The notes under the pieces are model-generated. The model was not told the DNA's origin, searched no databases, and was given only the letters and a program-made list of their open reading frames with translations. A DNA stretch of 64,000 nt from Takakia lepidozioides (Eukaryota; Plantae; Bryophyta). Position 1 is the stretch's first letter. Each line of letters begins with the position of its first letter. Made by a program: the position numbers and the translations under genes. Shown here in pieces: positions 51,744 through 63,433 of the stretch. The stretch spans positions 74,896,001-74,960,000 of the forward strand of contig CM060732.1 in NCBI GenBank assembly GCA_030704615.1, written 5' to 3'.

Positions 51744-54700
51744 TCACCCCACCGTGCGCCCCTCCACATTGATACATGTAAGATCAAAAACTAGCTCGGA
51801 ATGCACCAAGTCTGTCAAGGAAACAGGTTCATCCCACACTTCAGTATTAGAACCTTGTGGAAGAAGGAGAGCACGTCGCCCACGTAAAAGCTGATAGATC
51901 AAGTATGGACCATCGATCTTGAGCTTAGCTTTGCATGCATGCATGCCATGCTGTAATCGAACGCACACGGTCTATCCCACCAGAAACAGGTTAGAGTACT
52001 TGACACGTTTGTTAAAATTACGGGCTTGGGTTAGTCGAGCCTTACCAATGTTCGATTTGGCATCATGGATAGACACCGCATGCCGAGCATGAAGATCCTC
52101 AACAAAGGTATCAAGATCAACCGGATCAGCAACAGTAGAGATAAGAGGGGTAGAATGCAAAGGAGAAACACACTTGCGACCATACAACAAACGCAAAAGG
52201 AGTATTCTTGGTGCTAGTATGCACGGCGATGCGATAAGCAAAGAGAATATGGGGAAGAAATGTATCCCACTCCCTGGTAAGTGCGCCATTCTTCTCCAAC
52301 ATTCGGCAAAGAGTTTGGTTGAAGCGTTCCGTAAGGCCATTGGTCTAGGGATGGTATGGGGTTGTGGTGGAGTGTTTAACACCGAAATTGAAGCAAACCA
52401 CCGTGAGGAGCTGGTTACAAAACTCCTTGCCCTGATCCGTTAGTATTTCCTGAGGACACCCATGCCGCATAAGGATCTCATTGAAGAAGAACTGAGCTAC
52501 AGCATCACTAGCCTTAGAACGCAAAGGTCGGACTTCTACCCACTTAGTCAAGTAGTCGATAGCAACATAAAGGTAGCTTCGACCCTTTGATGTGAGTGCG
52601 AGGGGTCCTACTAAGTCAATGCCAACACGAGCAAAAGCATGGGTGACAGACAAATGCTGCAACTCATACAAGATCCGGGCCCTATGGAGAGCAATGTTAG
52701 CACGACAACCTTCACACTTAGAGATGAACTCCATGACGTCTCGGTAAATTCCCAGCCAATAGTATACCTCTTGGATGCGGGCCACAATTTTCTTGATACC
52801 AAGGTGACCTGCATACAAGGAACAATGGAAGCGCTCCAATAAAGCATTCAGCTGGTTCCGTGGCACCTCCAAGTAGCATGGCACTCCCCCTCTAGTGAGC
52901 TCCTTGAAAAGCTTATCACCCATAAAATGGTGAGTAGACACATGATACAGAATTTGTTTACGTAAAGACTCGGAAAAGCCAGCTGGCGAACGCCCTAATT
53001 GGCATTGCCGGAGTAGCGTAACATGTAGCTGATCATCCATGACTGCACTACACATAAGAAGTAGACAATGGGTTTTAGAGAAGATGGTCTGGAGTGCCTG
53101 CACCTATGATCTCCAGCCGGGGATACCTTCACCTCATTTGTTACTACTCATGGACAGCCAAATCAGGCCTTGAAGTTCAAGCCAATAGTCACACAGGAGT
53201 GCAGCAGCTGAATTACAACATACTCGGGGGCCTAGGAAGAAAAGAGCTGAAAACACAACAAGGAACTTCAACCAAACCAGCCGAATTCTCTCTAAGCGAT
53301 AAATCCATCACACATACTAGCACACGAATAAATCAACCAAGATCATCAAGAAGGCTAGACCAGCCCCAAGCAGCCAATATGCCATTGGAATCCAAGGCCA
53401 AGGGGTGCTGATCTGCACAAAGAAGGTTGAGAAGAGAGGCAGGATCAAGAGGAGAGGTTGCATCAGCAACAACAAGGTCATCCAAGGTGAGCATAGGCCT
53501 CTTGATATGAGGATCAACCCGTGTGAGCGCATCAACATACGTGTTTTCCTTGCCCTTCTTATAGACTATATCCATATCAAATTCCTGCAGGTACATAGCC
53601 CATCTAGCAAGTCTGCCATGAAGTTCCCTGGCTTAACAAGAGCCTTAAGTGGAAGATGATCAGTCTCTACCACAAACCGGTTGTCATGTAAATATTGCCT
53701 GAAATGCTTCATACCAAACACTAGGGCTAGACCCTCCTTATCAAATATGGAGTAATTCCTTTCATGACGATCAAGACGGCGAGATGCATAAGCGATCACA
53801 TGCTTCTTGCCTTCTACAACTTGACATAAGATTGCAGAAATGGCAACATCTAATGCATCAGTCTGAAGCAAGAAAGGTAATTCAAAGTTGGGAAACATCA
53901 GGATGGGAGCTGAACACAAAGCCTTGCGAAGGGTGTCAACGGCAGTTTGCCGTGAGAAGGTCCATTCAAACCTGGCATCTTTGCACAACATCTTGGTTAG
54001 AGGGTGAGCAAGCTTAGCAAAGTTCTTTATGAAGCGCCTATAGTAAGAAGTCGGACCAAGCAAGGATTTGATACAATGTTTATCCCTGGGGATAGGAAAG
54101 CCCCAAACAGACTCAAGCTTGGCAGGATCAGGAAGCAAACCATCTTTGGACAGAATATGACCAAGAAAGTGCAGCTTAGGCATGAACAACTCACACTTCT
54201 TGGGCTTTACTTTGAGACCTGCAGTGCGCAATTTGCTGAAAATACGTTGAAGATCAGTCAAGTGAGCATCAAAACTAGCTGAGTATACATTGATATCATC
54301 GACATAAATTAAAGCACACTCCCAGCGAAGGTTGCCCAAGACAATGTCCATGAGGTGTTGGAATGTAGAGGTGACATTGCACAAACACCAAAAGGCATGG
54401 TCTCATATTGGTATTTGCCCATGCGACACACAAAATGAGGTCTTTTCTTTGGCTGCTTCAATGAGAGGAACTTGCCAAAAACCAGATGCAAGATCAAGAG
54501 AGGAGAAAATTGTAGCACCATGCAATTGATCCAAGGTCTCATTAATCATGGGTAGTGGGTAGACATTCTTTTTGGTGTTGTCATTCAGTTTCCTGAAATC
54601 AACACAAAAGCGGGTGGTGCCATCTTTCTTACCAACCAGGACAATTGGACTGGCCCAAGGAGAAACTAAAGGCTTAATCACACCAGCATCAAGCATTTTC

Positions 54701-55890
54701 TGGACTTCTTGGACTATAGCACGTTCCTTGACACTTTCTCGGTATACAAATTGTTTAATATGAGGTCCTTCAGTGACAATGTCATGTTGAAGGATGGGAG
54801 TGCGCCCTAAATCAGTGGATCCCAAACTGAAAACATCTAGATTCTTTGCAATAAGCATCTTCACTTTCCTCCTTTGACCTGAGGAGTACCCATCTTAATT
54901 TTAGATAATACTTTGTGAGGACTGTCTTACCTTCCGGACTGAGATCAGGGACAGGTGGTGGTGCCACTGCAGCAAAAGCAGCAACAACATCCAAGGAGCC
55001 ATTGTTGGATGCCAATGGCCTCAAGTCCAAAGCCAGCTTGCACCTCTTGTATTTCAGCAATGGGTAGAGCAGTGATGCGAGCCAGAACTTGCCCCTTCTT
55101 AATAGTCACAGGGAAGTGTTAGCAATCAGAATCTTGACTTCTCACCTATATCCTCTATCTAGAATACCAGTGGCTACCAGACAATGCTTAAGGGCAGTCA
55201 GTCTCCTCCATCCTTCAACTTCTAGGAAATGAGTAGCTGGACATAAGAAGGCCAGACCAGACTTGATCACCTTCTGGGTCATGGTAGGGATGGTGATGTT
55301 GAGAGGTGCACGAATTAGAGTAGAATTCTTTGGAATAGCTATGGGCACCCCTGTCCTATCCCCAGCACTAGGAACATGCCACTGATATAAGAGTTGAAGA
55401 TCAGGCTGAAACTTGTAGAAATCATTCCAATTGAGGTTGGAGTGAGCGTTCTGTTGTACCTCCTTTACCAGGGCCTGGACTCTAGACAAATTGGCTATAG
55501 CAGACCCAGCTTTGATCTTCACTGCTTTCAAAGGAACCACTACTTCATGCCCTTCTCCATTGTTAAAGCGAAGGGAATAGTCTGCTAAGCTGATGGTGGC
55601 ACCAGCTCCAGTCATCCAGTCAAGGCCTAGCAAGAATTGATCTCCAATGGTAACTATGCAGATCACCACAACCTATTTTTTTATGAATTCTGATGGGAAC
55701 AGTAACTAATCCTAAGGGCTCATACCTGGATCTATCTGCAATTAGGACCTCAATACCTGTGGCAGGGCATAGTTTAAGACCAATAACTCTTACAACACTT
55801 AAAGCTATAGCAGATATAGTGCATCCAGTATCAACCACACAGGGAAAGCTGAGCTCGTGGATATGGCACTGGGCCATGAGGGGACTCAGG
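51744..55890 (-). mobile_element. Degenerate Ty3/Gypsy pol (protease, dUTPase-like, RT, RNase H, integrase); gag and 5' LTR missing
   Basis: Protease VVDTGCTIS and LLGLDW; RT SPWASP...RFCVDFRKLN...YVDD; RNase H QTDA...IAYASRRL...TDH; integrase HxxxxxxGH...CxxC, GIDLVGP, TDQGKEF. Many stops and frameshifts. Confidence 0.95.
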
Positions 55891-56114
55891 GATTGCCTCG
55901 GCGTGAGCCTGGTCGCGTGAGCGCAACTACGCTCACGCCACGTCACCTTGCGCCAACGCCACATCACGGGGCTCACTCCACGTCATCGCACTTGAAGGCC
56001 GCGTCACCACGCGCCAAGGAAGAAGTGGAGTGTATTCCTACGGAAGAGCACCCTTTACCGCGGAAACAAGCTGGACGACATAATAAAAGGACGTGGTCAT
56101 TCCCACCTGAAAGC

Positions 56115-56480
56115 AACAAATGAATGAAGGATGGATGAATGTAGAGTGGATGATAAATAGATGGATGAGTACGAAAAATGAAAGTTGATGGATGAATGTG
56201 GGATGGGTAAGAGTAAAATGGATGAATGTATAATGGATGTTGAATAATGGAAAACATTCATGACTGGAGGATGCATGAATACACTGTAGATGAATGCACA
56301 ATGTATATGACATAAGTGTGGTAGGTTTGTGGGGTGGATCACAGAGTATAGTGGATGAATGTACAATGGATGTTGAATAATGGAAAACATTCATGAATGG
56401 AGCACGCATGAATACACAGTACATGAATGCACAATGGATATGACAAGAGTGAGTGGGGTTTGTGGGATGGATTCATACAT
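56115..56480. repeat. GGATG/GAATG-rich low-complexity region with ~133-bp internal duplication
   Basis: ggatgaatgtayaatggatgttgaataatggaaaacattcatga occurs at ~56220 and ~56353. Confidence 0.85.
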
Positions 56481-56914
56481 ATTGCCATTTTAATGAAAGT
56501 GGATTCTTTGATTTTTTTTTTTTCCTGCCGGAGGATTCAATGTTTTCCGAAGAGGATGAAACAAAACATTAAAAGAACAAAGTTCAATCTGACTCAGAGT
56601 CGGTACAATGTATCCCCGCGTCCTCTGCATCTAAGTCTAAGTATTTAAGAACTCCATATCTATGTTGGCTACACCTACGGCCGGGCAATAAAAAGTCAGG
56701 GGATAGAGACTCGGCCGCATGAAGTGCCATTGCTTCGGCATACACAGGAAGCAGAAAATTGGAAAGGGGGCTGTCGAAAACAGTCTCGCCACAAATGGGG
56801 GTATCTCCTGAAGATCCATCGCTGCCTTTCCTTCAAGTCACAGCTCGAAAAAAGTTATTACTATAAATTTCATGTCCGAGAAATTGAATATGGCTCCCAA
56901 AGTGGGTTTAGGAC

Positions 56915-59900
56915 TTACTCACATGAAAAGTCGTTGTCGACCTGCTTATCCTCGGGATCGTCATCATTTCGGATTTGAATCCTCTCAGTCTGTGTGCCTG
57001 AAGTGGAGCCAGACAAAAGGGGGAGGAGCACTGTCTTGTAAAGGTCAGAATCACCCTCCATGCCAAAAAACTTCTTCCGCCTGCCTTGCATGCATGATAA
57101 GTTGCTCCTGCACCAGACATGAGGACATGAACAGGTTGGGGGGTGGGGGGGGGGGGGGGGGGGGGGGGGATTTAAGAAGATGAAACTGGTAAAAAAAAAT
57201 CAATTCGGAAGGGAGAGAACGAACCTGTGGATACAGAAAGATCGACCACCCGTGCAGAATGCTGGCTGCATGACTCCAGCAGTGTCTGCATGAACACTTG
57301 GGTTTTTTCCTTTGCACCTCTCCAGGGAGTGCCATCTGGTCTCTTGAGAGTCTGACTGGACTGCATGAAGTTGTACAAAATGTCATCGACATGCGGCTCA
57401 TACGGGGGGGTTGACGAAACAACCCTGGTCAGAAATATCAAAGCTGCGGATGGAGGATGGTGTCTTTGAGGTGCGAATCCTCCGCAGGTAGATCGCCTCG
57501 AACATCCTCGTCTGCCAAAGACTGCAGGTTAGGGTGCTAAACACAAACTATAGTGGAAGTTTGTACATTGCATATCCAAAACACAGGCATACAACAATCT
57601 GTTTTCTCACGAATCTGTGATGATCGGTGTCGATCATTACAAATTCTTCTAGAGTGGAGCTGCAGAGAACATTGAAACACAGCATGAAAGCACAAGCAGA
57701 AGGGAGACGGCATACCAGCTGACCATGACAACCCCCTTTCACAAGGTAGAGGCTGTTCACACAATTCCATGTGCAAAAAACTTCAAACCCAGAGGACTTC
57801 AGGTATGATGCCAATGCCCAACGACTATCTTTGTCACATGACTGAAAAAAGCAGAAGTGTCCCTGTATCAGAGAGGAAATTATTGCAGAACCCGAACACC
57901 CAACTCCAATAGTTGTCATCGAATTTGTTCCAGCTTGGCGTCTTGCCCTTCGGAAGAACTTTTGGCACAACCTGGCCGTCCGGGATGTCGAGAATGACCA
58001 TGTCAGCCGCAAATGTTTTCTGCACACCGCACACGAAGGTGGGACCAGTGCTCACCTGCAACAGACATGTTCAATTTTAGAACGAAGACAAGACTGTTTT
58101 CAAATAAACAAACTTTAATACTGCAAATGACACTTACAGATGCAAAGAAAGAAAATCAAATTCTCACCAGATTAAGGAATGATATCATGTTGTCCAAGGT
58201 AGGCGAAGGACCCCAATGTATCCTCTCTTTTGACTCTGCATCATCGCCAACCAATCCTCATTGACAATCTTAATCTCTCATGCCGAATCAGCACGGGAAG
58301 GGTGTGGCCTGGCATTGAACACGCACTGAATTGTGCGGGTATACCTTCCAGCAGTGAAGTCCTTCTCACTCTCCTTTTCCTTCTCCCTCTCCTTTTATTT
58401 CTCCTTCCCCTTGTCCTTTTCCTTTTCCTTGTCCTTGGACTTGTCTTTGTCCTTTGACTTTGCTGGTGACATGACTATGACATCAGGAGCCTTGTCTTTT
58501 GGTTTGCGCCCCGCCTTCTTGCCCTTCTGCGTCGTTTCCTGAGCATCAAGCTCCTTGGCAGCCAATGTTGCTATGTTTTTTTGGTACTCCTCGTCATCCA
58601 GAGGCGCCAGCATCTCAGCATTATTGTTCAAATATTTCATGTGCTGCTCTTGAAAGGTCGTGTGCTCAGGTGGGCAGTCCAGGTACCAACCACAGTCTCT
58701 GAAGTGAGAAGGACTCCAGTCCTTTTATCCCTGCAGTGTACATGGTTGGATCGTTTGCAGGGTCCGACCACATGTCAAGATAGTCTGGAATACCGCTGAG
58801 GTGATTTCCATCCATAAGCACATATTTCGTGTACCTATGAAACACGAGACAAAACCCAACCCACCAAAGCGTGAAGTCAGTAAGATGCCAGTAGCACAGA
58901 ATGAAAAAAACGAGGAAGGAAATGGAGCTCGGAACAGCTCTAAGGAGCTCTCAGGAGCTCACAACAGCTCTGGATGTAAATGTCGTCAACGACATTCACA
59001 AAATTTCATTCAAGGACACTGCAAACACACCCGGTTCCTAATCTAGGTGAATGCAATCTCTAGCTTTGGAAGGACACAGACATAGAAGTGAATGTCGGCA
59101 AAGACATTCACTTTGGATCTGTGATTACAGTGCTAACAAAGCCTAACGTTCTCTCACAAGAGGCAACAACATTGCAAGGAAAGTGAATGTCGGCAACGAC
59201 ATTCAGAAAACTCTAGTGACGAACCCTCACTAAAAAGTTAATGGAACATACTAAACGTACAATAAATCTTAGGAGCTCACAACAGCTCTGGATGTGAATG
59301 TCGTAAATGACATTCACAAAATTCCATTCAAGGACACTGCAAACACACCCTAAGTTCCTAATGCAGGTGAATGCAATCTCTAGCTTTGGAAGGACACAAA
59401 CATATAAGTGAATGTCGGCACCGACATTCACTTTGGATCTGTGATTACACTGCTAACAAAGCCTAACGATTTCTCACAAGAGGCAACAACATTGCAAGGA
59501 AAGTGAATGTCGGCAACGACATTCAGAAAACTCGAGTGAGGAACTCTCACTAAAAAATCAATGGAACATACAAAACGTACAATAAATCTCTGAAGCTCAC
59601 AACAGCTCTGGATGTGAATGTTGTCAACGACATTCACAAAATTCCATTCAAGGACACTGCAATCACACCCTAAGTTCCTAATCCAGGTGAATACAATCTC
59701 TAGCTTTGGAAGGACACAGACATAGAAGTGAATGTCGGCACCGACATTCATTTTGGATCTGTGATTACACAGCTAACAAAGCCTAACGATTTCTCACAAG
59801 ATGCAACAGTTTCCAGTAGGACATTGCACCTGTACACAACTCGCATCATGACTCACTTTCCCTCAACCTGACTGTCAAAATCGTTGGACCGTAAAATGTT

Positions 59901-60576
59901 ACCATCCTTGGAGAACTCTCGGGAAAAATAGTATCTCCAGGTGAGAGCTCTCCACTTCTTTATGTATGCCTCCAATGTCATTTGAGGCGGGGAAACAATA
60001 GAAATGTTCAAGTCCTTCAAAGTGTGCACAATGATTGCGCGCTTCTCCAGCTGCAAATGGTACATTTGTCAGTTTTGCAAATAAGGTACTTATCACATTC
60101 ATGAAGTCAACAAAGATGGAATTTCTTTGAATACACACCTGACTCCAAAATGTAGCTTTGTGAAGCCAGTTGTCAAACACAATGTCACTGATTCCTTCCA
60201 CCTTTGTGTCAGACAGTATAGTGCTCTTTGGGAACTGATTCAAGTCTTTCACTGTCTGATCTGAGTTCCAAATCTCCAGCCATCTTATTTTGGTTTGGGG
60301 GTCGACCATGGAGATGGCTTGCCGGTGCAATTTCTCCTGCTGCATCTCCGGGTGCACATGCTTGTCATAATGAGATTTGATCTGCAGAAGGAACTCATCT
60401 CCAAGGCCAGGATCTACTATTCTATGCTGCTTTGAGAAGGCGGACATCAGTTTGGTTCTGCGGATTTCATACTCCTTCTTTATTGCTGCTTCCACACCCT
60501 TTGATGTCCTAACACTACAATACAAGCTGGGTTTTTCGACTCTGTATTTGACTCATTTTTGAGTCGTTTGCGACAT
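56915..60576 (-). pseudogene. Spliced gene with an unknown N-terminal domain, a K/E/D-rich linker and a C-terminal beta-class N4/N6 DNA methyltransferase-like domain
   Basis: Reconstructed order: DMVILDIPDG (motif IV-like), FLSDTGTLLLF, SGFEVFCTW, WRGAKEK...LLESCS, RVVDLSVSTG|ATYHACKAGGRSFFGMEGD (motif I-III-like). GT-AG introns present. In-frame stops upstream and three 1-nt frameshifts within the domain. Confidence 0.75.
58955..59808. repeat. ~319-bp tandem repeat (about 2.7 copies) in an intron of the methyltransferase-like gene
   Basis: acaacagctctggatgt recurs at 58961, 59279 and 59599. Confidence 0.95.
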
Positions 60577-61359
60577 TTTTACTCCCAGCCTCCATAGTCG
60601 AACATGCGTGACAAAGGTCAAGTCGTTTCAGTCAAGCAGTCGAATCCAGATGTCAGGTTCTGACAGTGAAATGTGACAGTAAAACCTAGGGGGCGACGTG
60701 TAGTAAAGTGATTGTACCACAGTATGACGTGGATGAGACGTGGCTATGATATGGCTATGACGTGTAGTAAAGTGGTTTACCTGCATTATGACATGGATGC
60801 ATGACGCTAACATAGTTCTACTGCAGTATGACGTGGATGCATGACGTGTACCTAGTATATATATACATAAACAAAAAATATATATATGAATTGGGGAGGC
60901 TTTTTGTTTAATATTTGGTTTTATTGTTTTTGTTTATAACTGTTACTTTGTTTTTATTTATTTATTTTCATTTACTTTTCATTTTATATCTAAATAAATA
61001 TGAATTAGTGGGTTTTTCATTTAAATTTATTGATTCGCTGCACTGCATTGAAAATATATTACAAATACAGCAAAACATAGAATACAAATACGTGGCAGGA
61101 ACCAAAAGCATTTGGATGGCTGAAAACTGGTTTATATCAAGAGTGTTTTTAAAACAAGTTTTGGCCACATTCTACAGATGACCAATATGAGGGCCATGTT
61201 GCCATATCCATAGAGCACTGCCCAAGTGAAGTCATTGAGGAAGGAAAATCTGATGTGCAGCTAGGTAAAGCACTATCGTGGACATGTCAAGAGAACAAAA
61301 GAAATCATTTCGAGAATGAATTCAGGAACTTGTAGTTCTTGAGAATAGTGGTGCCAGCT

Positions 61360-63433
61360 ACCATGTCACCCAAAGTGACATCCACTTGATCCAAGGTTGC
61401 CTTCACATACATATTTACCAAGGCAGTGTTTAGAGTGACATCTAGTGATACAATTCCAGCTTTGACGATGTCACCATGGACCTTTGTGCCTTTTCTAGGG
61501 CTGCCAGGCTCACATTTGCCACAGATGTACACCAAGGGAATGTTCAGAATGACATCTGGTACAATTCCAGCTTTGATAATGTCACCATGAACCTCTTTGC
61601 CCCTTCCCAGGGCTGCTAGGCTCGCATATGCATATTACAAACACAAATGAATATGACCTGGTCTGGCTTCATCCCTTCCTACATCATTTGCTCTTATGTT
61701 TCCAAAGCCTTAATCCCATACCCATGCTGCACATACCTTGCAATCATGGCACTCCAAAACACCACATCTCGTTCAGCCATATTGTCGAACTCTCCCTTCG
61801 CATCAGGCTTGCAGCACCCACATTTGGCATACATGTTCACCATGGCAGTTTTCAGAATGACATCTGGTACAATCCAGCTTTGATGATGTCACCATGGACC
61901 TCTTTCCCCTTTTCCAGAGTTCCCAGGCTTGCACACGCTTTGCAAATACAAACAAACGTGATGTGGTTGGGTTTCACCCTTCGCGCAGCAGTTGCTCATA
62001 GGTCTCCAAAGCATTCCTGCCACACCTATCCTTGGTAAATCCTACCAACATTATATTCCACGTGATCAAAGATCGTTGAGGCACTCTGTGGAAAACTTGG
62101 TGAGCATCCATGACTCCCACACTTAACATACATGTTGGCAAGGGTGTTGAGTAGAAAAACATTTGGCACGAATCCACTTTGGATAATGTGAGTGTGCACC
62201 TGTTTCCAGCTTCCAGACCTTTCATCTTGATGCACTTAAGCAAGAGACAGACATACGTATCTGAATCTGCTGAAATGCCTCGTTGGTTTAAAGTCTGTAG
62301 AGCCTCTGTCAGTCTGCCTGCCTCACAAAGCATCTTCACATGCTTAGCATCCTTGCCTTGCTGCTAGCACCTGACAATGACAGCCTAGATTTGTTCTAGG
62401 AAACACCCAACACAACTTATCACATTAGTTCCCTATGGTGTCTCTGTAATCCAACAGGCATTCACCTTTTTGCCTCGATTGTCCCACCATTGACTGAGGT
62501 CAGAAAAGTATTCATTCCACAGCTTCTCCTCGTCTCAGCTGTTACCTGATACTTTCTTGTTGTCACATTGGCAGTACCATGTCAAAGTCGCTCCAAACTA
62601 TCAAAGGCTCACTCAACCAGCTAACTTGCAGAATTCAACCTGAAAATTTAGGGCCGATTCTGATAAGAGGGAAAACAGGGTGAAATGTGTTGAAGAAGGT
62701 GCCTTCATTAGCAGTGCTTGAGTATATCATTGTGCCGCTGCTGCTGCGGCTTCCAGTTGACCATTTATCCATGCAGGTTTCTTGTAGCTATTGATCCATC
62801 TGGTACATTTCCAGCTTTGGTGATGCAACCATGCACCTCTTTGCCCTTTTCTAGGGCTGCCAGGCTTGCACATGCACTGCACGTACACAAACATGATGTG
62901 GTCAAGCTTCACCCCTTCCCCCATCATTTGTTTTCAGGTCTCCAAAGCCCCATCCGACGCCCCTGCTCTGCACACCCTGTAAGCAATGCGTTCTACGACA
63001 CCACATCTCATTCAGCCATAGCGTTGAACACTGCCTTGGCATCCTCGATGCACCCACATTTGGCCACCAGGGCAGGGGCAGTGTTCAGAATGACATCTGG
63101 TAATCTGACCGACCATCAACCCAAAATGACGTCTTAAGTGTGCTGTTTGTGTCTGTAGTCAGGTAATGTCAGATTTGTCCATGAGAACCACCACAAAGCA
63201 GCTGAGCGTGATTGAAACACGGCCTGCTAAGACCAAGCTGACTCTCCCAAGTACCTTGTAAACATCAGGAAGAATACCAAATCATGGTACTAACAGGAGC
63301 CAAAAGCCCACATTTGCAGGATGGACAAATTTCTTCACATCCTACATTAAGAAAAAGCCACACCTTGCGATTGCGATTGTTCCACCATCGTGAAGGATCT
63401 GTAAAAAACTCATGCCAGCTCTGCTCCGTGCTG
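61360..63433 (-). pseudogene. Truncated, frameshifted paralogue of the PDF-PPR gene at 6.5-10.3 kb (no DYW domain)
   Basis: High nucleotide similarity to ~8340-10325 including introns (KMLCEAGRL...SADSDTYVCLL; SWHEFFTDPSRWWNNRNRK). Multiple indels and partial repeat duplications at 61380-61620. Confidence 0.9.

Larger units (their letters stand above)
55895..60855 (-). mobile_element. Putative DNA transposon-like segment carrying a DNA methyltransferase gene
   Basis: CCACGTCA motifs at the left end (55938, 55978) are inverted relative to ATGACGTGG motifs at the right end (60724, 60828). It abuts (TA)n at 60855 and the broken Gypsy protease at ~55890. No perfect TIR or TSD found. Confidence 0.5.

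Noticed and set aside
57398-57412. NPPY/TPPY string as the methyltransferase catalytic motif
   Set aside because: NPPY appears only after frameshift repair and lies in the variable region. The structural context (after VIL, before the LSDTG strand) points to DIPD as motif IV.
50499-60855. A single large MULE element spanning 50.5-60.9 kb with a nested Gypsy
   Set aside because: The two ends carry different subterminal motifs (GGGTTACAC versus TGACGTGG) and no TIR or TSD links them.
60690-60860. Helitron 3' end (CTAG followed by T)
   Set aside because: No clear GC-rich hairpin just upstream and no Rep/helicase; inverted subterminal motifs fit better. Not fully excluded.
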